NCBI GenBank assembly: GCA_001662655.1
Contig: KV460211.1
Reading direction: 5' to 3' (one strand)
DNA length: 64,000 nt
Source: Pseudogymnoascus verrucosus
Lineage: Eukaryota
Part shown: positions 10,115-23,685 of the stretch, one piece after another
Layout of the letters: the number at the start of each line of letters is the position of its first letter
How positions within the stretch are numbered: position 1 is the first letter of the stretch
Notes under the pieces: generated by a model
What the model saw: the letters and a program-made list of their open reading frames with translations, nothing else
Told to the model about the DNA's origin: nothing
Database searches by the model: none
Position numbers and translations under genes: made by a program

Positions 10115-12915
10115 CTAAAGGGAACCCGAACCCGAGCCCGAGCCAGAGGCATGAGTATAAGTAGTACTACCATATCTATCATTTGAACCCCTCGCTGCTG
10201 ACACAATCCTCCACATAACATTGAGTACGACCGTAGTCACGACAAGCAACACGATAACCGCAGTTATCGCTGCCCTTATTCCCGGTGCCAGCGGCCTTGT
10301 CCATATAACGGCGAGAGGTACCACGATGAAAGAAACTAGACTAGCACCAACGATAATCCTACCAGGACGCGACGAACTGATCCACGTAACCATTGCTCTG
10401 TGGTTGGCAGCTAGTCCATGGGCTACCATATGTCCCGCCCATCGCACAAACATGGATGCTGGTACGTTTCCTTGTTTGAGGGGCTGGCGCTTGCTCTGGG
10501 CGTATATCGCAATGCTCTCTTTGTAAGCCTTGATCAACCGATGTAGCCAGGCACTCCTAATGGTGAGTCGAACAAGATATGAGAGAGCGATAAACCCAGT
10601 GCCCAAGACAAGAAAGATCCAAATCGGCGCTGGGGTGGCCAGTTGCTCGACTTGCATCCCAAACAGTGTGGCAGTAAATGATAAGGGGATGAAGAAGAAG
10701 GCTAGCTCTGTTAATTTTGTAACGGCCTGAGCTTCGGCAATAGATCGTCTGCTATCAAGTAAGGCCATATTTGAGGTTAGTGACGAGGACGCTATTTGAA
10801 GTCTTTGGATCATATCGTCAATCCCAGTTGATAGGTCTTTAAACTGGCCCTGAATGTCAGATCCTCCTTTCACACCGAGTAATTGGGTGAAAGTAAAGAA
10901 TGATGTTATAGAACGTTTGAGTTCTGGCAACTCAAGCTGGGCCCGAGCTATAATCTGACGCCACATGACTACTCGATCCTCCATCTTCGCGTCACTTAGC
11001 ATATCGAGGTTTATCTCGTCAAGAGTCTTGTGCAAGTGACTAAGTAGGTTTATCGAATCTTGTTGTATGATGTGATATAATGGCGTAGTTAACGCAAAAT
11101 GATGGTCGTCTCTTCCCGGAGGCATTGAATCTAGCCATTGGCAGAACTCGTCCTTCGTAGACGTGGTATTAAACAGCTGGCGGCCCAGTTCATCTAAAAG
11201 TGGTGCGTGGCGAAACGCTTCATCGATACCAACTGCTATGTGCGCTCGCGGGACAATCTGTTGGAACACAGGATGTAGGCGTACTAGGTTAAGCACCTTC
11301 ACCTTCACCTTCTCAAATGCCTGACTCAGTACAGAGGCGGCCTCATCGTCCTGCTTCCTATCCTTGCCACTTGGGTTCAACATTTTCTGTAGCTGTGTAG
11401 TACGTTTTTTAGAAGCACGTTGGGTTTGAAGCTTTTCAGCTAGCTTCCACAAATGTTCGGCGTCTTCCGCAGGATCAACAAAAGAATCATCAGAGTCAGA
11501 GCCGTCTTTGTCCGGGCGATAGACTCGCGCTGCTTCTACGACTTGCTCAACTCCTTCTTCTATGACTGGCAGTGGATCAAGGACTAGGATCACTATCATG
11601 GGGTAAGCAGTAGTTCTTCTTCTTCGGTTATTAGTCACCTACCAATATAACAATCTCTGCCATCAAGCTTTTGGCTCCAGATAGTAGCTCTCTCTTCCCA
11701 TCCACAGATCCTATCATCTTCAGCTGTTATCGTTGGGTCAGTCCACATCTCCCATTCAGACCGAAATATATTCGACTGGGTTTGATATACAAGGCCATCT
11801 CTGTCGTAGTCTTCGCTGCGCTTCAAGCGACCCTGTGTCGGATCAAGGAGGACCTCCCGGTCCCGAGTAGAGTATGGAGGTACGGGACGTCTCTGTACGG
11901 GTCGATACCACTTAATAGATGCGTGTGATTTTTTCATCTTTGCTGTAGACCAGGTGTGTGCCGGCTTATCATCATAGTTCGCTCCCTCGTATCCTGAATT
12001 TATTAGGTGCTCCTCAAAAACTTCTGGGCTGAGTCCAAAGAGGTTCCCAAGAAGGTTGATAATCTGTGGCGCTAAATCCGGTACTATGAGTAGCCTTTGT
12101 TTGACGTTCTCTGGAATCTGACCAATTGCCCCAAGCCTACGTATATTATGGCTGTCGTTGCTACCAACAATAAACTCAGTTGGAGAATCTCGGAAATTGT
12201 CGGAAAAGTCAATAGATGTTATGTTTGCGACATTATTGTTGCGTGACGGTACGCCATCGAGGACCTTATAAAAGTGTCTGAAGACTGGAGACGCGCGGAT
12301 AATCATATCCGAATACTTAAAATGGCGAAGGGTAGGCTCCATAATTGTCGGGAGAGCCTTGGAATTACGAGATGTATTTCCCTCTCTAATAATGGCGTCT
12401 AGAGATGATCTATCTTTCCATTTGATGTTTTGTGGATGTGATTGCCCACTTTCATCCCCGCTTAAACTATCAGAGTCGGAGTCTGGGAGTCGGATATTAG
12501 CTTCCGGGAGATCCAAAACCGATCCATTGACGCCATTTCGTCGTATTGCATCTATAGCATATTGATTCATTGATTTTCTTCGTTTCTTTTTTGGCTTTAA
12601 TATCTTGAATGTAGAGGCTTTCAGGATCGGCCTGATTTCAATCCTTTCAAGGGGTCCCAAACGATATTCTGGGTGTTTCTTGGGATCTGAGACAATGAAG
12701 AAAGATTGTTCCCGTCGCCCCCCCGCCCCCGCCTCTCGTCTGTATACAGACATAGACTCATCTCCATCAGAATCCGAATCCGAATCGCTAGGATAGCCTG
12801 TGAAGTTTTCGCTGGCCTCCCTGCTGGATCTAGACATTGAAGCATTTCCTTGCAGCGCACCAGACATCTCAGGTGGTTCTGACCCCCTCATCCTCATAAC
12901 GTGGCTAGGGAACAA
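10115..12915 (-). CDS. Fungal CorA-like Mg2+-transporter-domain protein, two or more exons (intron about 11593-11642)
   Basis: C-terminal SRRSIAEAQAVTKLTELAFFFIPLSFTATLFGMQV plus TM helices; N-terminal part with EVFEEHL motif; GTAGGT..ATAG intron joins the two ORFs. Start uncertain. Confidence 0.75.
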
Positions 12916-14184
12916 TAAGATGTTTCACACTCTCACTCAAATAACGAATGGTAGCTGACGATCTGGTGTGCCTCCGTTTCCCTAAGCTTGGGCAGTCGTC
13001 GTCTGGGCCATATTAACAGGTGGTGCTAGCCGCTGTAGTCTCCCTCGGCCACCAAGAACCAGAATTTATAACGTACCTCCTTTCCTAGGCGGGTGAACGA
13101 AAGGCATATCGGAGTCGTGGGGATTTTGAGGTTCAGCTGAGCTATCCCAATGAAGCTGCGCGTAATTTCCTTGACAGGGGTGTACGCCACCAAAACGGCA
13201 ATCACGGGGGATTAGGTAGTTGCACGACGTTGCAAAATATCTTAGTGATAAAAGCCACAGTCTTTTTATCCATAACTACCTTTCTCTCATCCAGTGTTTA
13301 GTATGGATAAGTAGAAAGCACGATTGGTTGATATACACCGAAGAATACAACTGCCTCTTTTGTTTATCTTACGCGGGTACCTTCCCGGAGTTTGGGTTAG
13401 GCACAGGGGTGCGGGAAGGCACGGTCCGCTTGGCGCTATAACAAAAGATATCTCTACGAGAACCTCTAGTGAATAGAAATTATTTGCGAAATGCCTTGAT
13501 TTATTTACAATGTTATTTTTATCAGGGGAGCCGCAGGAAAAAATGGCGGGTATGATGTGTATACTAGAGGGTATATGCTATGCATATGTATACTCGCGTG
13601 TAGTTGACTACTTGTAAATAAAATATTAAATGTCGACTGAATAATGTTAACTATAATACTACATGTAAATTATAATTGGGTTATAAGTCATCGTAACAGA
13701 AGGCGAGTAGCTTCAAAATTATCTTTCACAACAGAATCTACTAGACGACCTCGATTGAAGGACAGTAGGACAAGAGAGAGAAAGTTGAGATACTGCCTAT
13801 CTTAAAAGCCTATAGAGAGGCTACGTATATATCTAAGAATTTAAATTGACAATTTAAACTGATACCTATCTTTTCTGTCCCATTTGTTAGTAGCTAGCTT
13901 ATTTATTGTAGCCTTGAATAACCGAACACCTTTACCTAAATTGTAGTTGCTGTAATCGCTGTTGCTTTGCAACGCTCCTGTTTAAACTTGTAAGCATCAC
14001 ATGTGATGGGTAGGCACTATGAGGATTGAATGAGAATCGGATCTAGATTGATTTTGATTGAGCTGAATTACAAATATGCGGGTCTCAGCATCAAAATAAG
14101 CGTCTTGTTTGTGAATTGGCAAATACTTTACTTCATTGTTTCTGCTACATCCGAAATTGCTCAAATTGGTATTGCTTGCTTGAC

Positions 14185-15252
14185 TTACTGACCCTCCACC
14201 ACGCCCTTCGGCTCTCCAACCAGCACACCACTACCCCCCTCATTCAAACTCCCCATCGCACTCAACCCAGTTCCCTTCCTCTCCGTCACAGCCTTCATCC
14301 ACCTCTTCGCGTTATCCCCCGGCACCCCCAACCCATCCAGCCCCAACACCTCCCTCAACTCCGGCACCTCTGCATGATCCCTCGTATTCTTCATCCGATG
14401 ACACCAAACCACCTTCTTCTCCTCCTCCCCTCCTACCTTTGGCGTCACCGGGCTCGCCGCCAGCTCACCCACCGGTTCAAATAAGAACTCACCACCAACC
14501 TGCTGCATATCTCCGCCCACCAGCGCCCGTCCCACTGGAATCTGCTTTATTCCTTGCACAATACTGGCAAGGGTGCTGGCCACCATGCTGCGGCGCAGAT
14601 ACTCGGGCCGCGCGCCCAGAGCGAGCGTCCGGGTCATACCTAGCTCGGAGTATAGCTTCGCCGTTGGGTCGGAGTAGATGGGGAATTGGCACTCGCTAGC
14701 GTCGGCGTACATCTGGATTAGCGAGGGGGCACCGCAGCCGATGACGGCAATGAAGGTTGGGACGGGGAGTCGGAGGAGGTCATCGGGGGTGATGGAGGCG
14801 GAGAGGGCCTTGAGGTATTGTTGGCAGTTCTGGGGGGTGTTAGTGGGAATGGCGCAAGAAAGGGGAGGGGGACGTACGCCGCAGTAGAAGTGTCGGACAA
14901 ATATCAAGAGCACACGGCGTGGGACGTTGGGGCCGGTGTATAGGGATTTGAAGGGGATGCTCTTCCCGTCGCGGTCGAGGACCGGGTAGTCCTCGATTTT
15001 CGAGAGGGTGGCTTGGGTGGGGAGGATGTTGTTGGTGTCGACGTCGCCGGCGAAGTCGAGGGCGGGCTCGGAGTTATGGCTCGAGGTGTCGAGGGAGATC
15101 TTCGGAGGGGGGGTTGATGTTGCTGGCGGGGCAGTTGTGGTTGTTGGTGCAGCGGCGGCGGTGAGAGCTGCTGGAGCGGAGTCTGTCGCTGCTGGGCTGG
15201 AGCCTGTTTGCGCTTCAGCTGGTGCTGGGATATGGGCGTCCGTGGTAGACAT
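14185..15252 (-). CDS. AhpC/TSA-like (thioredoxin-fold, peroxiredoxin-like 2 family) protein; intron 14830-14877
   Basis: LLIFVRHFYCG|NCQQY after splicing (CxxC), IAVIGCG, FPIYSDPT, QQVGGEFLF, WCHRMKNTRDHAE. Confidence 0.85.
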   Translation of the reverse strand: MSTTDAHIPAPAEAQTGSSPAATDSAPAALTAAAAPTTTTAPPATSTPPPKISLDTSSHNSEPALDFAGDVDTNNILPTQATLSKIEDYPVLDRDGKSIPFKSLYTGPNVPRRVLLIFVRHFYCGVRPPPLSCAIPTNTPQNCQQYLKALSASITPDDLLRLPVPTFIAVIGCGAPSLIQMYADASECQFPIYSDPTAKLYSELGMTRTLALGARPEYLRRSMVASTLASIVQGIKQIPVGRALVGGDMQQVGGEFLFEPVGELAASPVTPKVGGEEEKKVVWCHRMKNTRDHAEVPELREVLGLDGLGVPGDNAKRWMKAVTERKGTGLSAMGSLNEGGSGVLVGEPKGVVEGQ

Positions 15253-16471
15253 TGTTGGAGTTCGTGTGGTGTTGTTGCCAGGTCAGAGAGGGGGGGATGA
15301 AGTGCGATCTCAGATGATATGGGGAAACTCGCTATAAACTTCGAAACACACACTAACGAAGATCCAAGATGCAAGTCGCGAACAAGAGAAGATATACCTT
15401 AAAAGCTGCTCTTTTATTAGCACTTATAAAGGTAAAAGCCTAGTTTACTCTTTGTCCTTATTGGCGCGGAGAGATGGGATCGGGGTAGATCTCAAGGTCA
15501 CAGATTCGTTTCATGTCATGACGTTGTGGCTGAGCAGTGCCTCCATACGCAAGTGGGACAAGGGACCAAGATACCCAGATGTTTGCCTGGGAGATCAACA
15601 TCCAAGACATCGTCTCTCCGCCATCCCATTCCTTACAACCGCTCGTATAGCGGCTATATTGTTCATATATATAGATTCATTTCTAGGCGCTTACTGGCTT
15701 TGTGGAACGCGACGCGTCGACGAGGAAAGGCAGCACTTTGATTGTGCTTATGTAATCCTCTGGGCGTCGTCACTGATGCTTCTCGGCGGGCCGCAGCATG
15801 TGGGGATACAGCAATTGAGGCGTAGGTGTGGCAAATATTCCATTAAAAATAGGTGCTTATATTGAATAGTATCTAAACTATTTAATTAAGCATATATGTC
15901 TTCATAAAGATACTTTTAGCTCTACTTCAACCTGATATTTCGTCCCATTTCTCACATTTGGTGTACGGCGGCGGAATATTACTCCACCCCGTGATAGATC
16001 AGGATCGACACAGCCCTCACTTTTCGTGGGAACGAGTGGCTAGTTTCCTTGTAAGCGCCGAACAGAGGTTGACATGTGGCGGCGCCTGGTAAAACATGAG
16101 CGTCTGGATATAACTAGGAAAGGTAACCAATCCGAGTTTTTTTTGTAAATATAGCCCGAAATATAAGTAAGTACCTGATATACAGAGTCCAGAGACTCGT
16201 CCGAACATTCCGTACCTGAATTCCCCCCGCTCTCAAAGGAACCATACAGTATTGGATTGGACCCCACTCGGCTACAATAAGCAGCCACTCTAATAGTGGG
16301 GTACCCGTCGGATTTCTGAGAGGCCTTTATGTACGCCCCCTCTTGACTTCGCCCGCTCAATGACTGCCGCGCCGCCCTGCATACGTATAGTACATAAATA
16401 ACTCCATAAATACAGTGCACAGAGTGCCGCCTAGGTTTCCTGATCTAAGTTCATCAGACGATAAACCCAAA

Positions 16472-17506
16472 ATGACGGAGGCAGAAACAGTAACAGAGGA
16501 GAAGCGCTCCTCGTCACGCAGTAAGCTAAGCGGGTACCTGTAAGCACCCGCCTCCATCGCACCCGGCGCAAGTAGGAAATCTTACGCGATATCCAGAAAA
16601 GAAGGTCTCGAAAAAGGCAAGGAGGGAGCGCTGAAGGGCAAGATCGTGCTCGAACAGTCCCTCGGCCTTGGCCACAAGCCTAACGTGGTACCTCCCGGAG
16701 AGGCTAATATCAACGGGGAACTGCGCACCGTCCAGATCGGATGGCATCCCGTTGGGGGTCTGGGAGGCAAGTGGTTTGCGGAGAAGACGGGGCTGGGTAA
16801 GAAGATCACGGAGAAGATCAATAAGTATCCTGATCCGACGCAGCACTGGGCGGTGCTGGTGGGTGGATTCTGTCATGAGCTTTGGATGGTATGTTTAGTA
16901 GCCCCAACTGTAAATTTGGTTCTGGAATTGAAGTGTTTCATAGGACGAGCATTTGGATGTCATCTACATCAATGAGGTCGTCGTCAAAGATGAGTGGCAC
17001 ACGTATGAAGTCGGAACCACGAGATTCAACGACGAGGCGCTCAGACAAGCCGGTTAGTCTCCCCTCTGATATGGCTCCTATTGCCCAAGCCTCTAACACG
17101 CAGCTAAGGCGAGATGGTCATCCACAATATGAGAGCAACCAGACCAGCCTACAACATCATCAGCAACAACTGCCAAAATTTCGCCGTCCTCCTACTCGAC
17201 GCCATCAAGATCGGCGCGCACAAAGAGTTCGCCACCAGCTTCGCCGTGTACCAGGCCGCCACTGGCGCGGGTCAGATCAAAGACCTATTCGTCGATCAGC
17301 ATCCCGAGGAGCAGCAGGACCAGCAGCGTCCGACGTTGCATCATCAGGATACGACGCAGAATGCGCAGCAGGTCATGGAGGATAATACGACGAAGTTGGA
17401 TAATCACCAGTCGTCGTTCTTCTCTAGTGTCAAGGATAGAGGGACATCCCTTAAGGATAGAGGGCTGTCGATGTTTTCCAAGGGGGACAGTCCGAAGGAT
17501 GCCTAG
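16472..17506 (+). CDS. PPPDE-like (permuted papain-fold) putative peptidase; exons about 16472-16539, 16595-16888, 16944-17052, 17109-17506
   Basis: Spliced product contains QHWAVLVGGFCHEL and YNIISNNCQNFA (His and Asn-Cys motifs); introns GTAAGC, GTATGT and GTTAGT keep frame. Confidence 0.7.
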
Positions 17507-17872
17507 AGCGACTAGATGGTGTAGGTGAACATGGGAGTATCCCGCTGGTGCGAGGCCTAATGAGGAGTAAAGGTGGTGGTTGAGCATTCTGAGGTTCTGC
17601 TCGGATGCGAGATAGGGGAGATGGACAAGAGACGGCGTGCTTGGCAGCGAGAAGTTGCCATATGATAAGATACCCATGTTCGAAATGAATAAAATATTGA
17701 ACGATATTGACGCCCCCTTGGTTCGTGTTCCGACATAATAGTGCATTGCAAGATGGCGTAAAGAGGGAAGCAGCTTGTTCGCGATCATCAGTTAAATCAT
17801 ATATTCTATGTTTAGCACATAACCAACGCCAAAAATCAATGCCCCATCACCCCAACCCCAACCTGACCCCTA

Positions 17873-19227
17873 TCAATCCGAATGCCCCGGCTTCCCCGTG
17901 AGCACTCCATCACTCTGCCTCTTCCTCCTCTTCCCCAGGACCTCAACAAAGTACTCGCTGAGCGTAAAGCACCAGTGCCCCGCGACCAGCACGCCGCTCA
18001 GGATATTCACGACCTTGATAGTGAAGCGGAGGAAGCTGTCACGACGCTCCTCGATCGTCAGCATCAGCGGCTCGATGTCGTACTTGAAGAAGATGCCGGG
18101 CACGGTGCGCTCGTCGATCTTGCGGTCCTCGTGTGTGACGGCGTACTGGTTCGTGAAGATGGTGCGTTTTGAGGAGAGGGGGTTGGGTGACGAGACGGTG
18201 TAGATGGTGGGGACGACGGACATGAAGTATTGAGACTTGTGGAATTGGTTGGCGGTCGTGATAACGGTTTGATCGAGGGGGTTGACGAGCTTAGGGTAGA
18301 AGGCTCCGAAGGAGAATTCGGAGACGATGTGTGAGAAGTTGAAGCCTGGTAATGAGTCAGTAAGAACCTGGGTGTAGCAGGTGTGAAAGCCTCATTGCCT
18401 CCCCATACTTACTGCTGTGCTCCAAATGTTTCGTCCCAAACGCTTCCTGGTATCCGTGTCCTCGAGCCGTGACATGGAAGTCGCCCTGCACTTTGTTGAG
18501 CATCATGCTTCCAAATATCCTGCAGCTATCTCCGTCCCGAGGATGGCCCTTAATCTTTGGCGTCTTGGCCCACTTGTTCGACCGCATCGCCGTGTAGATA
18601 ATATCGTGGACATGCTCCTCTCCGAAACCCTCATCATGTCCATCTTCCTCCCACCCCTCATCAGTTATAATACTCCCATCCGCATTGTGTCCTAGCTGAT
18701 GCTGCCCCTTCACGTTGACCCACTGCAGCCAGTTCGTGAGATCCGTCTTGAGCACCTTCGACGCCAGGATTCGGTCACCCGACGCATCCTGCACGTTGAT
18801 ATGGATATCAGGACAGCGCATCGCAACCACCATGTCCAAGTTGACCTGCAGGTCACGGCTGACGAACTTCTCGACCTCGAAGGTGTGGTCCTCGTTCCCG
18901 CGCCACCAGCGCCCCAGCTCAGAGAACGTGAGCAGCGCCGAGATGATCAGCATCAAGACCGTCCACTTCCCGCCTCCAGAGGTTTTCGTGACATATTCCG
19001 GTTTGGATTTCGCTGTAAAGGGTTACAGTAAGCAAGGTGTTTCCCTGAGCAGCCAATTCGCCGCGCGGCTCGAGGTGTGCGAGCCCAGTAATTGGATAGA
19101 AGGGCCGGAAGTGCCGTTTGTATGACAATGGAGGAGAAAACTCACGGAATGCATCGAATGCTGAGACTATGCTCCCCTTCTCCGCAAACCTGTCCTCATC
19201 CAGACCGTGACTCGCGAAGCCGTTCAT
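17873..19227 (-). CDS. ERV41: ER-Golgi vesicle protein (ERGIC/Erv41 family), multi-exon
   Basis: AFDAF|PKSKP, VAMRCPDIHINVQDASGD, CRIFGSMMLNKVQGDFHVTARGHGY, NFSHIVSEFSFG, PGIFFKYDIEP, C-terminal TM. ERV41 versus ERV46 assigned from memory of the family. Confidence 0.8.
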
Positions 19228-19774
19228 CGGGGGCGACGTTCGTTGCTTCTTGGGCGCATGCGCTTCGTTGAAACGCTGCCCTGAAAATCTTTATGCCTGT
19301 TCCCCCTTCTGCGAAAATTTCATCGTCAATTGGAAAAGAGGCGCAAAAGGGTATTGGTCTCGGGGACTTTTACTGGTATCATATTTCGAAGAGGACAGCT
19401 TTGGGGAAAGAGGGTAGATGGTCTGTGCGTTATATTATCCCGACAAGGCTGAGGGGACACAGCACGGCATCGACGCCAGCCACTCCGCCTCAGAAATAGA
19501 TGGACGAAATAAGAATTTCTCTAGTATGCTTATATTCGACTAACTATGATATTATGACTATTATTAAAGTAACTTGCGCGCTTTTTCAACACCTACAAGC
19601 CTAGATTCGAGAACATGGATTCCTGGATCCTCGAATATCTCAAACCCATCCACGAGTAACTCACAGACATATACCACCCTACTCTTTCCATTAAACACGT
19701 AACCATAACCACATAACCGCGTAACCACATAACCCAACCCATCACTTCCGCCAAGCCACAACTGCTCAATGTTG

Positions 19775-20810
19775 TTAGGTCGCATTCTGTGCCTTGTTTT
19801 TCGTTGAACTAGCCAGGCCAACCCCAAGACCAACGCCAAGGGCGATAGCCAGCACAATAAGAACGCAAATGAAGAAGCACCACCACTTGAGCTTGTTGCG
19901 GTTTTTGGCATGGACAATAGCCTTACCGACCTGCACGTTCCCACTCTCGAGGTCCTGTGTCGCATGCTCAGCATTTGCCTCTGTGCGCTCAACGAGAGGC
20001 TCCTGCGCGACAACGAGCTGGTCCATTTCATTGAAGAGAACGGCCAGCTCAGTGATCGTGCGCTCAATGCGCTGGAGCTCGTCGTGGCGGGCCTTGACAG
20101 CGCCTAGAGCCGATTGTGCTTGACCGCGGCGGTTGTTGAGCTGAATTATCGTTAGTCTCATGAGTTACTAGCGGATCGCGAATACTTACCGCCATCTGGA
20201 ACACATTCTGGCTGTTTGGGTCATTGGACGCATCGGCGACCGCGGCAAGTTCGGTGTCGGTAGCATCTGGGTTCACAATGAGGTATTGTCTCCGGATCTG
20301 CTCCTGTCTCCTTGTCCTGTAGTCGCGCTCCACACCCTGATACTTCGTGAGCTTCAACTGAAACTCCTTCTTCAGCGGCGCGATCTGGGTGAACTTCATG
20401 TTCTGCGTATCATTCCTCGTGTTGGCCGCATCTTGCTCTAGGTTCTTGATCAACCTCTTGAGCTGCTCGTTTCGCGACAGCGTTTCCGACTCAAGCTGCT
20501 GGAGGCCTGGCCCGAGCTCTGCTGCCGACGCGGTGTCTGTTGCATCGAGTAGGCGCTGATGAAACCTGGCGACTTCGGCCATGGAGGTATCGAAGCCTCT
20601 GAGAAGGTCTCTAATGACCGCGACCTGGTCGAGGAACTCGCGCTGAGTACGAGGCTCGACGTATGTACCACCCTGGGTCGCCTGGACAGGCGCGACCGAC
20701 ATATTCCTCAGTTCGGTAGATTCGCCTTGCGTGTATGGGTCCTGTGATAATGGTCAGCGAATGCGAAAATCTGGCATGGTAGCTGGATCATACACCTAGA
20801 GATACATCAT
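19775..20810 (-). CDS. SSO1: Plasma-membrane syntaxin (Sso-type Qa t-SNARE), three exons
   Basis: Habc helices, IRRQYLIVNPDAT, SNARE motif VKARHDELQRIERTITELAVLFNEMDQLVVAQ, C-terminal TM KWWCFFICVLIVLAIALG. Looks like a divergent Sso paralog. Confidence 0.8.
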
Positions 20811-22283
20811 ATCCTGGCGTCGAGCCACCGTGTGGGTTTCCTCCAAATTGGTCGTACTGTGCATAAGACATTACTTTGCGCCTTTGAGAACCTTTTTCTC
20901 CTATTCAATGGCAGATGCTGTTGGATTTATTATCGTTGCGCGACAAACGATCAGCTTCGAACGTCAGACGAAGCGTAAGCTTGGGGGCGTAGTAATAACG
21001 CCGGGCCTCCGGATAATTGGGATCGTAATACGGCGAGACGAAGGTTTGCGGATTGCGATTGACTAATGGAGGTATTTAAAAAGATGGTGAAGATGCGATT
21101 ATATACGATTTAAATGTATATTAATGATGAAGATCGAAGATTGAAGATGGCTTTTCTATCCTCTGAATCGCACTCTAGGTAACAATGTTTCTCTCGTTAC
21201 GATTGGCCTTATCATAACGTCACGTTGCGACGATCATCGTGGAAAGTGGCTCAAAAGGGTTCAGCCGCCACTAAAGGTTAAAACTTGCGTCACCCAGCCA
21301 CAGCCCGCCCACGACACGAATACACGAGTAAGGATCTGATGCGGCGAATAAAAATTAAAATAGTCGTGAGTCCCAAATACCGATTTTGAAAATTGGATTG
21401 GAAATAAACAGATTTAAACATGAAACCCTAATGTACAGCTTCAATTGAGGCAAATCCTAGAGCTGTAGTATGCACTTCAACCCCACACTTTGTTCCACCA
21501 CATCACGTGCGGAGGGACATTAGCACACAGACAGTGGAGGCTGGCGGCCCAGACCACTAACTTGGCATGCAAGGCTACGACAAACCGTGGGGTTTCACGA
21601 AATACTATATGAAGGTTACAAATTATTGTCCCAATGGATGTAGAAGCTGAATATCGGCACATAATGTTCTTCATAGCTGCATTCCGTACATGGTACTGTC
21701 TATGTAATCCTTGATTTACCACCCAACAGCGTAGCGCAGTCGTGCTATGCACAACGAAGGCCTGTCACTGCCAAACTATGCAGCCTTCCGCAGAGGACGG
21801 AAAGCATGGCAGAGGCAATTCGCTCCATTGTGTCTCAGTCCAACGGTGTATAAGCTTCTGCGTTGACCTCTTTGAGGCCACTTCGGAATCGCGTTTTGCA
21901 GTATGCCCGATATGCATACAGGAGGGTTTCTCCTGAGACTACCACGCAGCGTTGGCTCAAAGGACGCCCAGGGAGCTGGCACTTATATCAAGATGAAGTG
22001 CCGCCATATGCTCTCAAATTCGCCATCAAGCCAGCCTTTTATATGCACTGCCGATTGCCCCTACCGTCGCCATGCCCTTCACCGTATACGCTCCGGTTGT
22101 GGTCGACGAGGCAAGCAGGATTGCAGCAACAATTTGGGCGTTTCCCTGGATAGTTGACACTGTACGCGGCTGGGCGCTTCTTATCATGACGGTGAGGGGG
22201 TTGTAGTGAGAAATTTCCGTTTTCATTCGTAAGTTGTCCTACCGATTCCCCAACGCCGCGCTATGTAGGTCCATCACCCTTCC

Positions 22284-23244
22284 TCACAGATAATCTTTCT
22301 TCTTACTCGTCCTAGTGTATTGGTTCATCCTCCACTCGACGTCGCCATCCTTATTCTCCAATGTGCCGCCGCGGATCTCGAAGCACCTCATGCTCATACG
22401 CGGGCCAACCTCTGCCAACTCCACACTCTGGTATCCGGTCTTGACGAACACATGATGTCGCACCTCGATCGTATCTTCGATGTTCTTGAAGGTTACAACC
22501 CTGCTTCCGAGTTTTGTCCTGTTTGTCACCGCCTCACGGGGAGGGAAGATATGCTTCAAGATCTTAACAATGCGCTGTCCGAGACGAGATGTGAACCCCT
22601 CGAAGATGAGGTGGGGGTATGACTCGCTGACGGTTCCACGAGAGCTGTTTGGGATATCATGGCGCAAGACGACGTTATGTAAAGAGAACGAAATTGTTGG
22701 GCCGTGAGGGAAGTGCGACAGTGTCATGGCTGTGGGCGTTCCGCGATGTTCGTGGAGCAGGATCATGTCGGAAAGTCCAGAGGCCTGGGCGGACTGGATC
22801 AGATTCCCCAAAACCAAATTTCCTCTGTTTAGACGAATGGATGTAGGGAGAAGTAATCTAATCTCTTTGGCAAAGGACGATAGGCGCGAGGAGGGATCTC
22901 TTGACGTTGTGACTAGAACTCGTGGATCGACAATTCCGGAGAGTTGCGCATACTCGTCGTCCAAGTCCAGCTCCTCATTTGCCGTCAAATCAGCCCGGGA
23001 CTCATCGTACTTGTAATCCTCTCGTAATTTCTTGTCGTTTGCAATCTCGGGAGCAAGCGGTTTGCCTGTGGCGAGTGATGCCCTTAACTTCGAGCGTTTT
23101 TCTGAGGTTTCTGCATCGCGAAGAGTTATCGCGCGGCGATACAAATAGTCTCGCCTTTGTCGGGCTTGTTTGCGCTATAGAAGTGATTAGCCTCAATACC
23201 GACATGATTAGAGATCTATAAGGAGGTTAAGTACGTACCAGCAT
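22284..23244 (-). CDS. IMP4: U3 snoRNP protein Imp4 (Brix domain); exons 23239-23244 and 22284-23174
   Basis: ML|RKQARQRRDYLYRRA, DPRVLVTTSRDPSSRL, HEHRGTP, ELAEVGPR Brix motif. Confidence 0.95.
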
Positions 23245-23685
23245 GGTGGATGTTGTTGTCGAAAGTTTTTTTGATGTGAGAAGTTCGCCAACAATATAAA
23301 TTCTTAGCTCAAGCCTTTCATGCGGCTGGATGTCATTTTTGCCGAGCACTATCGCGCCGCTACTGTAATCTGCATTTGGCCTTTCCCTCGAAATCTTAGA
23401 ACAGCTTTGATTCCGCCACAATTCCCACTCGAAGCTCGTCAAAACTTCCGTCACGTCTGAGGAAGTTTAAAATCACTATCAGGTTCACGAGCATGACTTG
23501 AGACGCAACGCGCTTCTGGACCCTATATTCCCCGCGGTTACGCCACAAGGCTGATCAGTGAGTATTCTGACCACTACCGCGACTCGCGGCAACCACGAGC
23601 AAGCCTTTGAGGACAGAGGCTAACTTTTGTTGTGTCTGCAGGCGCCTTATAAAATTTGCACTCCTCAGATACAAGCCCGACAAGT

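Noticed and set aside
13440..14110. AT/TpA-rich stretch suggesting a RIP-degraded transposon
   Set aside because: No terminal repeats or transposase remnants recognisable.
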